The position numbers and the translations under genes are program-made. The notes under the pieces are model-generated. The model saw nothing but the letters and a program-made list of their open reading frames with translations, was not told where the DNA came from and did not search any database. A stretch of 64,000 nt of DNA from Candidatus Micrarchaeota archaeon (GTDB lineage: Archaea > Micrarchaeota > Micrarchaeia > Norongarragalinales > Norongarragalinaceae). Location of the stretch: NCBI GenBank assembly GCA_964630975.1, contig CAZVVY010000004.1:37912-101911 (forward strand). The letters run 5' to 3'. How positions within the stretch are numbered: the stretch's first letter is position 1; each line of letters starts with the position of its first letter. This document shows, in pieces, positions 22,085 through 30,433 of this stretch.

Positions 22085-24683
22085 TGAACGTCTTCTGAGC
22101 ATCCAATAAGTCGAAGAAAAAATCTTCCTCATTAGAATGCATTCTACCCAGCACCCGCGCCGCCGTGTCCGGGCCAACGCCGTAAGTTGCCAAAGCCAGT
22201 AAGGCGCGCGACCCGTACTCGCTAACCAAGTTGGCTACTAGCTCCGCCTGCTCCACTTCCTTCCGCGGCTTCCCCTTCTCCCACGCCTCCCCGAATTTCT
22301 TCAACGTCAAGCGCTTTGACTTACAAAAAGGGCAACGCGGCTCGTCCGGCGCTTCATACAAAGAAACGGCGTGCGTCTTCCCGCAAAACGTGCAATACAC
22401 TCCCTGCTTCTTCTCAAACAACTTGTGCTTGAACGACTCCAACACTTCGGGGCCCGCCGTAGGCGCGACCAGTTCGCCGAAAGCGCCGAACCCGAAAAAC
22501 TTTTTGGACAACGGCGATTGCTTGCCCGAATAAACGCGGACCCGCGAAGAATCCAACAAGTTGATTGCGCGACCCGCGTCCAGGAAGCCGTGCTTTATTT
22601 CATTCAAAGTTTCGACTCCGGCAGGCGAATCCCTCAACGCGGCCGCCAGCCGCTTGACCGAAAAATGCGAGAGCTCCGCCTTCTTTGAAATGATGCCGAA
22701 CGCCTTGGCAACGCCGATGAACCTCTTGCGGTAAAGCGCCGTGTTCACGAGGGCCGCATTCAATACTCGCTCGGCAGAAGACGCATTCAAGGCGCGAAGC
22801 GATTCGGCTACTTTTTCGGCACATATTTTCCGCGCTTCAACCAAAACACCGTAAGCCCGCGGCTTCAACCTCATCCCGCCGCGCACGTCGACTACCGCGC
22901 CTATCACGCGGGCCAGCGCCTCGTTCGCCTTCAAACCCCAGAACGAGTGAACGACCACCCAATCCCCGCCTTGTTCAACGACCAACCCGCCGGGCTTGAA
23001 ACACGCCAACTGCTTTTTCACAAACGAGTCCCGCGACTCGGAAGAAAACTCTTCTTCAACCGCGGAAGCGACTTCAAAAGACACGGGCAGCTCTTCACCC
23101 ACCCACTCCGGAATGGCGGCGGTCAAGTCGCTTGCCGGCTCCACCACGACCTCTTCCTCGTTAACGCTCAACACGCGCCACGCCTTGCCCCGCGTAACGA
23201 AAGTCGCGCCCTCCCCCAAATACTCGAAAACGAAGGACTCGTCAAGAAGGCCTACCGCGCGCCTTGTCGCGGCGTTCCTCACCCACAACTTCTTGAGGTC
23301 GCGAATCGTACTCAAATTTTCGTAATAATACAGTTTGGTGCGCGCCCGCTTCGAAACCGTTTTCCCGTCGAAGTCAACGCATTTCGCCGAAGCGGACTGC
23401 TCTGCAACGCCCCGCAACTCTTCAAGCGACAAGTCGAAAACCGAACACGAATTCAAGACCTTCAACGCGACCCCCAAATCGATTCTGTCGAAGTCCAGTG
23501 CCAGGCCCGCGAGCTGGTGAGCCGCAACGTCCAACGGGTTCGAGCGCAAGAACAACGGCTCCAAATCGTTCTTCAACGCCTTCTTTTTGATTACGCGCGC
23601 CTCCAAAAAATCGAGTTCGTCATTGCAAACCACGACCCCTTTAGGAACCAAGTCGCGCCTGTGCCCGCTGCGGCCCACGCGCTGCAGCAAGCGCGCCACC
23701 CGCCTCGGAGAACCGAACTGAATCACCAAGTCAATCGCGCCAATGTCTATGCCGAGCTCGAGCGACGAAGTGCACACGACCGCCTTCAACCCGGAGGCAT
23801 CCTTCTTGAACTCCTTCTCGGTTTCCACCCGCGCGTCCCGTGAAAGCGAGGAATGGTGTACCGCAACCTTTTTTCCAACGCGCGTCTGCGACAACAAAGA
23901 TCCCAACGATTCGGCGAGGTAACGCGTGTTAACGAACACCAACGACCTCTTATGCGACTCAATTAAATCCGTTATGACGGACAAGCGCGCCCTCGACTCC
24001 TCGCCCAAGCCAACACCCTTCAACGCTTTGCCGCCCTTCCTCGGAAAAACCACGTTTACTTCCGGCTTCCTCGAAAAGGATTGCTCGACAACGCGGCACG
24101 AAGGAGACAAGAATTCCGCGACTTCACTGCGGTTCCCCACGGTTGCACTAAGCCCCACCACCTGAAAGCGCGGCGACTTCAACCGCAGGCGTGCGAGCCC
24201 TGCCGCCAGCTGCAGGCCGCGCTTGCTTTCAACCAGCTCGTGCACTTCGTCCACGCACACGAAGCGAACGTTTGAAAGAGAATCCTTCAACTTTGGGGCA
24301 ATCAACACGGCCTGCAAGGTCTCCGGAGTCGTAACCAATACATTCGGGGGAAAGTCGCGCTGTCGCGTCCTCTCGGACGAAGGCGTATCCCCGTGGCGCA
24401 CTCCCACGCGCAACCCAAGCAAACGGCACCAGAAAGAAAGGCGGTCAAGCATGTCGCGATTCAATGCAGTCAACGGCGTAATATACAAGAGTTGAATTCC
24501 TTCTTTCTCACCCTCCTCATGCAACTCGAGCAAGCGCGACAAAATCGGGAGCACCGCGGCCTCGGTCTTGCCGAACCCCGTAGGAGCAATCAACAAGACG
24601 TCGCGCCCCTCTAAAATCAAGGGAAACGCCTTCTGCTGAATAGACGTGAATTCATTGAAGCCCTTGGCTTTCACGAGGTCCAT
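22056..24683 (-). CDS. lhr: Lhr-type ATP-dependent DEAD/DEAH-box helicase with C-terminal zinc ribbon
   Basis: The track ORF reaches 24872, but its first 63 codons run through poly-A/T DNA (FFLFFF). ATG at 24683 gives MDLVKAKGFNEFTSIQQKAFPLILEGRDVLLIAPTGFGKTEAA (Q motif, Walker A). It also has DEVHEL, SAT and HHSSLS motifs and CTFC...CPFC near the C-terminus. Confidence 0.85.
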   Translation of the reverse strand: MDLVKAKGFNEFTSIQQKAFPLILEGRDVLLIAPTGFGKTEAAVLPILSRLLELHEEGEKEGIQLLYITPLTALNRDMLDRLSFWCRLLGLRVGVRHGDTPSSERTRQRDFPPNVLVTTPETLQAVLIAPKLKDSLSNVRFVCVDEVHELVESKRGLQLAAGLARLRLKSPRFQVVGLSATVGNRSEVAEFLSPSCRVVEQSFSRKPEVNVVFPRKGGKALKGVGLGEESRARLSVITDLIESHKRSLVFVNTRYLAESLGSLLSQTRVGKKVAVHHSSLSRDARVETEKEFKKDASGLKAVVCTSSLELGIDIGAIDLVIQFGSPRRVARLLQRVGRSGHRRDLVPKGVVVCNDELDFLEARVIKKKALKNDLEPLFLRSNPLDVAAHQLAGLALDFDRIDLGVALKVLNSCSVFDLSLEELRGVAEQSASAKCVDFDGKTVSKRARTKLYYYENLSTIRDLKKLWVRNAATRRAVGLLDESFVFEYLGEGATFVTRGKAWRVLSVNEEEVVVEPASDLTAAIPEWVGEELPVSFEVASAVEEEFSSESRDSFVKKQLACFKPGGLVVEQGGDWVVVHSFWGLKANEALARVIGAVVDVRGGMRLKPRAYGVLVEARKICAEKVAESLRALNASSAERVLNAALVNTALYRKRFIGVAKAFGIISKKAELSHFSVKRLAAALRDSPAGVETLNEIKHGFLDAGRAINLLDSSRVRVYSGKQSPLSKKFFGFGAFGELVAPTAGPEVLESFKHKLFEKKQGVYCTFCGKTHAVSLYEAPDEPRCPFCKSKRLTLKKFGEAWEKGKPRKEVEQAELVANLVSEYGSRALLALATYGVGPDTAARVLGRMHSNEEDFFFDLLDAQKTFIKTRKFWRI

Positions 24684-25066
24684 TAATTCGCGTCTCAACA
24701 CGCGAAGTATTGCACGCCCCCTAAATTTAACGATACCACTAGCGGTATACCGCCAAAAGCGCGTCCCAAGAAAAGTAAAGAAAAAAAGAAAGAAAACACG
24801 AAAACAAAAAACGACGTAAAAGCGCGGTTTAAACCTCGAATTCGGCGTTTTCGAGTTTTCGGAGGCGAGCAACCCTTTTTAAACCTTTTTATTCTTTACC
24901 GGGTAGAAAAAACACTAACCACGTAAAAACAAGGGACAAATTTGCAAAAACAGGCAGTTTTTTCACTAAAACGAAATTTTATCAAATTTTTCTTTCATAA
25001 ATCCACGACACCTCCGGTTTTCAGGAATTTTTCGAATGAAACACCGAGAATCCGAAGAAAAACGCT

Positions 25067-25308
25067 ATTTTTTCACGAAAAATAAGGAGACCGGACAGTT
25101 TTTTCGTTTAACTTGGTTTTTAGCGGGAAAAAAAACGCAAAGCAGAGTGATTTTTTCAAGAAAAATAACGACAACAGGCAGTTTTCGCGCTGAAAACGCG
25201 TTTTACACTGTTTTCATTCAAAAAAAGCGCGTTTTTGATGCTAGGCGAGCACATTTTAAGAAATTAAGGATTTTTCAACAAAAAACAAGGACGAAAGGCA
25301 GGGGTTTT
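25067..25308 (+). repeat. Three copies of a degenerate ~40-bp unit: dyad TTTTTC-NN-GAAAAA followed about 12 bp later by GG(A)CAG plus a T/G run
   Basis: 25067 attttttcacgaaaaataaggagaccggacagttttttcg; 25150 attttttcaagaaaaataacgacaacaggcagttttcgcg; 25270 atttttcaacaaaaaacaaggacgaaaggcaggggttttagcg. Further GGCAG(T)n copies at 24953 and 25329, one GGCAGGGG at 25839 and one inverted copy at 26097-26108. Confidence 0.75.
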
Positions 25309-25452
25309 AGCGGAATTCGCCGAGAATAGGCAGTTTTTGGGAAAAAACGGGTTTTTCAGAGAAAATTCGAGTGGAAACCCGCGGTTCCGGTAAAATACGG
25401 GAACAAAAAGCATTAAATTCATGTTTTTAGTAAGTTTCTAGGTGAAAATAAG

Positions 25453-25719
25453 TTGCCTGAAGAACAAATAAAAGAACACATAAAAGCGGTTAAGCCCGTG
25501 ATAAACGACCGTTTAGGGCACTTGCCGGAAGGCCAACAACGAGCCTACGCAGGATTATTGGTCAGTATAGCCGCTCGGGCCCGTTTTGAAGGTAATTTAA
25601 ACAAAGAAACAATCCAAAACCCCGAAGAAATGAGAAAACAGCTGATAAACCACTTAACTAAATTATCGAGCCATAGCGGCATCCCAAACCACAAACTAAT
25701 CAAAGCATTAGAACAATAA
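25453..25719 (+). CDS. Hypothetical 88-aa helical protein inside the A/T-rich island (non-ATG start)
   Basis: Track ORF with plausible helical composition (PEEQIKEHIKAVKPVINDRLGHLPEGQQRAYAGLLVSIAARARFEG...). TTG start. No motif recognised. Confidence 0.4.
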   Translation: MPEEQIKEHIKAVKPVINDRLGHLPEGQQRAYAGLLVSIAARARFEGNLNKETIQNPEEMRKQLINHLTKLSSHSGIPNHKLIKALEQ

Positions 25720-25720
25720 A

Positions 25721-25867
25721 ATGAAGAAACGTAAAAACAATTACACCACAATAATGACAACGTCGCGGGTAAAGGGTCGCGGGCAAACCAAGAAACGTTA
25801 CGCCAAAATAGTATTCATCAAGAAAAAGGGGCGGCGAAGGCAGGGGCAAACACCTAAAATAGCCTAA
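25721..25867 (+). CDS. Possible 48-aa highly basic micro-protein
   Basis: Own translation: MKKRKNNYTTIMTTSRVKGRGQTKKRYAKIVFIKKKGRRRQGQTPKIA. It starts 2 nt after the previous stop. The A-rich context could create this ORF by chance. Confidence 0.2.
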   Translation: MKKRKNNYTTIMTTSRVKGRGQTKKRYAKIVFIKKKGRRRQGQTPKIA

Positions 25868-26447
25868 AATAATTAAAAACGACGATAAAACAAGCAACAG
25901 TTACATCGTTTTGACGTGCTTCCACTACTAATTACCATAAAATAAAACCCCATAATGTTGTTTTCAAGGTTTCCGAGAAACATCATAAAACTCCTTGAAA
26001 AAGGCACCAAAACACGACACAAAAGCACACCATAACATTGTTTAATAGAATCGCGGAATTCCGCTCAAAAAAAATTCCGAAAAAAAACGAATAGACAAAA
26101 AAACTGCCTACTCTTTTCGATAAAAGCGAAAAAAAGCCGGCAACAAAATGATTGATTGGTAAAAAAGAACCCATAAAACCGCTTAAAGGAATTAAGAGCC
26201 AAAAAAACGAAGCAATAAAGCGAAAAAAGCCGTTAGTGCCCCCCCAAAAAAAAGAAAAAACGGGCCTTAAAACAAACGAATGCACGCCACGACCACAAAA
26301 TATGGTGGATTGAACAAAAAAACAACACAAAAAACGCGTTCATTGAAGAAAACTCGTTGGTTCGGCGTTAAACCGCCAAAAACATTTTGGAAGTAGTGGA
26401 AGCGTTCCCTCATAACGCTATTAAAGCGGTTCGCGTTTCGTTTCTAG

Positions 26448-26921
26448 ATGGTTAAGACAAAAGGAGAAGGACCTGCGTCGCGAGGTATTCCGAGCCGTCG
26501 GGCATTACTCTTGAATTACAACAAGCCGCCGATGCCTTGGAGCGCGCGTTGGGAGAAGGAAGACGTGTTGAAACTTGTTTTTCCGCCGGAGTTACAGGAG
26601 GCACAATACGAAATAGCGTTGAAACTGGTTTCCTTCCTGAGTTCGAGGGAGTCCGCTAACGGCGACGAGTTGGCGGGTTGGGCACAAGAGAACGGCGTGC
26701 CCAATTCAACGCTTCGTAATCTGGTAATCCCAAAGATGATTCGAGTGGGCTTGCTGGCGCGCGAGCGCGTGAATCCGACCGGGCAAGGCGAAAAGGACAA
26801 GAGGCACCGGATGGTGTTGAAGTTGAGTAAGAGATTCGGCGAGGCAATGCAGCACGTGGGCCGCGAATGGAATTCGTTGGTGGAGACTTGGCGCGTCAAG
26901 CGCAAGAAATTAAAGGGGTGA
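26448..26921 (+). CDS. Hypothetical protein with probable winged-helix domain
   Basis: 157 aa. GDELAGWAQENGVPNSTLRNLVIPKMIRVGLLARERV resembles an HTH plus wing. It borders the A/T-rich island. Confidence 0.5.
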   Translation: MVKTKGEGPASRGIPSRRALLLNYNKPPMPWSARWEKEDVLKLVFPPELQEAQYEIALKLVSFLSSRESANGDELAGWAQENGVPNSTLRNLVIPKMIRVGLLARERVNPTGQGEKDKRHRMVLKLSKRFGEAMQHVGREWNSLVETWRVKRKKLKG

Positions 26922-26933
26922 AGCGCCTTTTGA

Positions 26934-27200
26934 TTGTTTATGGGTTACGGCCACGCGATTTACAACGGCGCAAAAAAGGTTTTCTCGTTTTTGTTGGGGA
27001 AGGCGTTTAGCGCCCTACTCTTTTTCTTCGTACTCGGAATGCTTTACGCGTATTACTTGATTGAAGTCGGAGCCACGCCGATGTGGATTTTCGGTTTTGC
27101 GTTGGGCGTCCCGGTAATGTGGCACGACTTGGATGACGGAGTCGCATTCTTCTTGTTGGTCGTTGCGGCGTCGATAATACTACCTACCCCGGTGTTATAG
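26934..27200 (+). CDS. Small membrane protein (3 predicted TM helices)
   Basis: 88 aa, strongly hydrophobic (FSALLFFFVLGMLYAYYLI, WIFGFALGVPVMW, FFLLVVAASIILP). Confidence 0.55.
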   Translation: MFMGYGHAIYNGAKKVFSFLLGKAFSALLFFFVLGMLYAYYLIEVGATPMWIFGFALGVPVMWHDLDDGVAFFLLVVAASIILPTPVL

Positions 27201-27202
27201 AA

Positions 27203-27889
27203 ATGGAGTTGCTCTCCATAATCGACGGGGACGGAAACACGGTGGGTTGGTGTAAAAAGGGGGAGGCGCACTTGAAGGGTTACCGGCACAGGTGCGCCGC
27301 ATCCTTATTATTCAAGAACGGGCGCGTGCTCCTGCAAGAAAGGGGGGCTCAACAACCTACTTGGCCGGGTTACTGGGGTTGCACTTCCAGCGGCCACGTG
27401 AAAAAAGGGGAGCGCGTTGAAAAGGCCGCGGCCCGCGAGTTAAGGGAAGAAGCGGGAGTAAAAGAAAAAATCGAGCCGCTCGCCCGTTTTAGGGTGAAGG
27501 AGAATTACGGCAAATACAAGGAAAACGAGGACGCTTTCGTGTTTATGGGTACCGCTCAAAAAGATTTGAAGCCCAACGGAGAGGTGGCGCGCTTCAAGTC
27601 TTTTACCCCGAAACAATTCGGGAAACTCGAAAAAGTCACTCCCTTACTGGAAAAAGCGCGGATCTTCCTCCTGAAAAGCGTTGGAGCAAGCGGCGAACAA
27701 AATCCTTTTGCTCTTTCGAAGAGCGTAAAACGACGAGGCCTTCGCCGGGTTGGCCGTAAACCACGAGGGCACCCAAAGGCGCCAGCAAAACGCAAGGCAA
27801 AACCAACAAGTCTTCCTCGCCAACGACGCGCACGCGCGAAGGCGAGTGGTGGAAAGCGCGCTTCAAGACGTCCCAGGATTCGGAAGTAA
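27203..27889 (+). CDS. NUDIX hydrolase with an unusual basic C-terminal tail
   Basis: Nudix box GHVKKGERVEKAAARELREEAGV (Gx5Ex7REUxEExGU). The fold appears complete by about residue 150. The last ~80 codons (R/K/P/A-rich) run antisense through the convergent DPCK gene. Confidence 0.8.
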   Translation: MELLSIIDGDGNTVGWCKKGEAHLKGYRHRCAASLLFKNGRVLLQERGAQQPTWPGYWGCTSSGHVKKGERVEKAAARELREEAGVKEKIEPLARFRVKENYGKYKENEDAFVFMGTAQKDLKPNGEVARFKSFTPKQFGKLEKVTPLLEKARIFLLKSVGASGEQNPFALSKSVKRRGLRRVGRKPRGHPKAPAKRKAKPTSLPRQRRARAKASGGKRASRRPRIRK

Positions 27890-28157
27890 TGCGGCCGGGG
27901 GGGTTGTCGCAAACGTATTCGGTTGCGGCGGAATACGGCAGGGGCTCGGCTTGAACGCGTTTGGTTTTGCCGTCGAACACTTGGATTTCGGGTTCCAAGC
28001 CGGCGTTCAAAAACGCGCGGCACGACTCGTCGCCCACGCAAACCAGGAAGGCGCCGTTGAAGGATTCGTCGGGCGCCTCGACGAGCCGGCCCATCGGCTT
28101 CCTTAATTCTTCACGCATTTTTTCTGGCAAAGCCAGGTCGGGGTAAGCGGTTGACAC
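27636..28157 (-). CDS. GTP-dependent dephospho-CoA kinase, archaeal type (DUF359/COG1909)
   Basis: The track ORF begins at 28268. GTG at 28157 (or ATG at 28118) gives ...LALPEKMREELRKPMGRLV...VCVGDESC...PEIQVFDGKTKR...DNPPGRITSESW...VGEEDLLVLPCVLLAPLGALVVYGQPGEGLVV, the family pattern as I recall it. Confidence 0.7.
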   Translation of the reverse strand: MSTAYPDLALPEKMREELRKPMGRLVEAPDESFNGAFLVCVGDESCRAFLNAGLEPEIQVFDGKTKRVQAEPLPYSAATEYVCDNPPGRITSESWDVLKRAFHHSPSRVRVVGEEDLLVLPCVLLAPLGALVVYGQPGEGLVVLRSSKEQKDFVRRLLQRFSGGRSALFPVRE

Positions 28158-28166
28158 GCAAACGAT

Positions 28167-28826
28167 TTGAACGCGAAAGGCGTTAAATGTTTCGTGTACT
28201 ACCCCGGAACCCTCATCCCGAAGAGCAAGCCGCACCACTACGCTTGGGAAAAAGAGTACCGGAGGCAAGGCGGCTTGTGGGCGGGCTCTTCAGAGCGCCT
28301 TGAATTGTGGGGCCGTGTCTTGGAGTTGGGTTGTGGAAACGGCAAGGGGCTGAAAAGCATTTTCGCCGGGGAATTGCACGCCATCGACGTCTCGGAAACC
28401 GCTTGCGGGCTCGCACGAAAAGAATGCCCGGGCGCGAAAGTGGTTTGCGGCGACTTTTGTCTTCTTCCGTTTCCCGACGGCTTCTTCGACTTCGTTGTTG
28501 CAAGGCACGCCTTCGGCCACTTGTCGAAAAAGGAGAGGAAGCAAGCGGCCGCGGAATGCTTGCGGGCGTTGAAGGCAGGAGGAAAACTGTTTTTCAAGGA
28601 TTTCGCGGTTGGGGACATGCGTTACGGCAAGGGAGAAGAAGTCGAGGAGAACACGTTTCGGCGCGGAAACAACGCGTGGTACCATTATTTTTCGTTGGGC
28701 GAGGCGACCGAATTGTTTAAAGATTTTCGCGAAGAATACTTGGAGTTAAGGGAATCCACTAAAAAGTTTGGTGTAAGAAAATGGGTGAAAGCGGTTTATT
28801 TCAAAGGGAACGGGAAGAAGAAGTAA
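28167..28826 (+). CDS. Class I SAM-dependent methyltransferase
   Basis: Motif I VLELGCGNGKGL, motif II-like VCGDFCLLPF, and post-I acidic residue. Non-ATG start (TTG 28167 or GTG 28194). Confidence 0.8.
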   Translation: MNAKGVKCFVYYPGTLIPKSKPHHYAWEKEYRRQGGLWAGSSERLELWGRVLELGCGNGKGLKSIFAGELHAIDVSETACGLARKECPGAKVVCGDFCLLPFPDGFFDFVVARHAFGHLSKKERKQAAAECLRALKAGGKLFFKDFAVGDMRYGKGEEVEENTFRRGNNAWYHYFSLGEATELFKDFREEYLELRESTKKFGVRKWVKAVYFKGNGKKK

Positions 28827-29272
28827 GGGAGCGCGAGCAGAGGGCGTGGGAACGCGAATTGTTGGATGAGCTGGCCGAAGAAGAAAGATTGTATGAATCC
28901 GGCGGGTTTGAAATGATGCGCGAGAAAAGGTTGAAGGGCGCGGCCGAAGCGGCGGCGCGCGAAGGAAACGTCGAAGTTCTTTTGGAAGAAGAGAACCGTT
29001 TGCGGAGGATAAGGGACTTCTTGGACGCGCGCGGGGAACGCGAGTTAATGGGAGTAATAACGAAGAAATCGGTTGAAGAACACTTGAACCAATTCGTGGA
29101 CGGAAAACGAAAGTACCGAGAATTCTTAGGGGCGTTGGGAAAAGAACGCAGCATTCCTTACAGGAGAGAAGAAAACAAAGTCATACTTGAAAACCCGCAG
29201 TTTTACGAGCGTTTGCAAAACAGGTGGCGCATACTCAACACCGTAAAAGAAGAATACTCGAAAGCCGCGTAA
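28781..29272 (+). CDS. Hypothetical charged coiled-coil protein
   Basis: 163 aa, E/R/K-rich helices. No motif. Its 5' end overlaps the methyltransferase by 46 nt, so the start is uncertain. Confidence 0.45.
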   Translation: MGESGLFQREREEEVREREQRAWERELLDELAEEERLYESGGFEMMREKRLKGAAEAAAREGNVEVLLEEENRLRRIRDFLDARGERELMGVITKKSVEEHLNQFVDGKRKYREFLGALGKERSIPYRREENKVILENPQFYERLQNRWRILNTVKEEYSKAA

Positions 29273-29378
29273 GGGGCGTTTGTGGGATGGCGGGAAAATC
29301 GCACGACGAAGTTATGGACGAGGCAATGCGCAAGATAATCTTCTTATTCCTCGCCGCAATGCTCTTGCTGATGTTGAG

Positions 29379-29915
29379 ATGAAAGAAAAAGAGATTGCAA
29401 GGTTTTTGTCGGAACTCGGGGCGCTCAAAAACTGTCGCCGCGCGGGCTGGTGGCTTGCCGGAATAAAGGACCCGGAAAGCATAGCCGAACACTCTTGGCG
29501 CGCCGCCGCAATCGCGTTTTTTTTGGCGAAACAAGAAGGCTTAAACGCGGAACGCGTGTGTACCCGCGCGGTTTTTCACGATTCGGCCGAGACACGCATC
29601 GGCGACTTTCACAAGGTCGCCGCTAACTACGTTAAGGAAAAAAAGGAAGCGGAAAAAAAGGCGGAGGAAGGCCAGTGGGCGCCGCTGCCGTTCGGCTTAC
29701 CCGGGTTAACGGAAAAAGAAAAAACGGTTTTGAAGGACGCCGACTGTTTGGAGTGCGCGCTGCAGGCAATGGAATACGAGGCAACGGGTTATCCCCTTGC
29801 CCGCGAATGGCACGAAAATACGGGGAAAGCGTTGAAATTGGAGTCCTCGAAGAAATTATTGAAGGAGTTCGGGGCCGGCCGCCGATGGTGGGCGGGCCTC
29901 AAGGAAAAAGTATGA
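29379..29915 (+). CDS. HD-domain phosphohydrolase (YfbR/HDDC2-like 5'-deoxynucleotidase family)
   Basis: The track ORF starts at 29280. ATG at 29379 gives MKEKEIARFLSELGALKNCRRAGWWLAGIKDPESIAEHSWRAAAIAFFL...VFHDSAETRIGD (H...HD...D motif set). Confidence 0.8.
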   Translation: MKEKEIARFLSELGALKNCRRAGWWLAGIKDPESIAEHSWRAAAIAFFLAKQEGLNAERVCTRAVFHDSAETRIGDFHKVAANYVKEKKEAEKKAEEGQWAPLPFGLPGLTEKEKTVLKDADCLECALQAMEYEATGYPLAREWHENTGKALKLESSKKLLKEFGAGRRWWAGLKEKV

Positions 29916-30066
29916 ACAGACACAGTATTATGAATCCCGCGTAAACTTGGTACTCGAATGCGATGGCCAGGTCGAGGCCGCCGAACAACATCATTATTCC
30001 ACTCCCGATTACCGTTGTGAGAAACGCCCAAAACGCGTACAAGAAGTCGTGTATTTGCCGAATCAT
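29899..30066 (-). CDS. Possible 55-aa two-TM micro-protein downstream of the zinc-ribbon gene
   Basis: Own translation: MIRQIHDFLYAFWAFLTTVIGSGIMMLFGGLDLAIAFEYQVYAGFIILCLFILFP. ATG lies 8 nt after the upstream stop. Below the track cutoff. Confidence 0.4.
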   Translation of the reverse strand: MIRQIHDFLYAFWAFLTTVIGSGIMMLFGGLDLAIAFEYQVYAGFIILCLFILFP

Positions 30067-30074
30067 TTAAGTCA

Positions 30075-30368
30075 CTAATTCCGGGGCAGCGAAAGAATCG
30101 TGCCGCACTTCTTGCACACCCTCTCCTTGTGCTTGTAGTCGCGCGTGAAATCCGTACCTCCGCAATTGGGGCACGCCGAAGCCGCGCCCGTTGAATGAAA
30201 CTGCTTCCAGTTCTGTTTGGTGGTCTTCGAAACCTCTTTTTTCAAGGGGGCCGCTTCCTCGACTTTTCCCTCGGTCCGCTTTACCTTGTGGGAATGGCAG
30301 TTCGGACACGGCTGCAACGGGTCCTTACTGTTAAACTCATAGAAACAAGATTGGCAAACACACTTCAT
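30075..30368 (-). CDS. Double zinc-ribbon protein (97 aa)
   Basis: The track ORF (to 30752) is an R-rich 5' over-extension. ATG at 30368 gives MKCVCQSCFYEF...CPNCHSHK...CPNCGG...CKKCGT, two CxxC...CxxC ribbons. Confidence 0.7.
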   Translation of the reverse strand: MKCVCQSCFYEFNSKDPLQPCPNCHSHKVKRTEGKVEEAAPLKKEVSKTTKQNWKQFHSTGAASACPNCGGTDFTRDYKHKERVCKKCGTILSLPRN

Positions 30369-30433
30369 AAAGTGTTTTGGAAATGCATCATATAAATAAC
30401 CGAGCAACGTAATGAGTGCCGGTGGGAAGCTGA

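Noticed and set aside
22947-23843. 298-aa plus-strand ORF inside lhr
   Set aside because: Shadow ORF of the helicase gene with no motifs and a skewed R/Q/P composition.
24684-24872. 63-codon N-terminal extension of lhr (track start 24872)
   Set aside because: The extension translates poly-A/T DNA into FFLFFFTF-type sequence. The helicase Q motif begins right after the internal ATG at 24683.
25036-25329. 97-aa ORF across the repeat units of the A/T-rich island
   Set aside because: The translation is K/F/R-rich, generated by A- and T-tracts. The ORF coincides with the DNA-level repeats, so it is more likely non-coding.
24950-25340. Possible CRISPR array (recurring GGCAGTTTT / TTTTTCA-GAAAAA units)
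   Set aside because: The repeats are degenerate, the spacing is irregular (about 82-140 bp), there are only 3-5 copies, and no cas genes are nearby. This does not fit CRISPR architecture.
25983-26330. 115-aa minus-strand ORF (poly-Phe-rich membrane-like)
   Set aside because: This is an artefact of translating the complement of long A-tracts (FFF runs). It has no start context.
24684-27200. Integrated virus or plasmid (mobile element)
   Set aside because: No integrase, transposase, capsid or replication gene is visible, and there is no tRNA-flanked att-like direct repeat. The region is kept only as one alternative explanation within the island finding.
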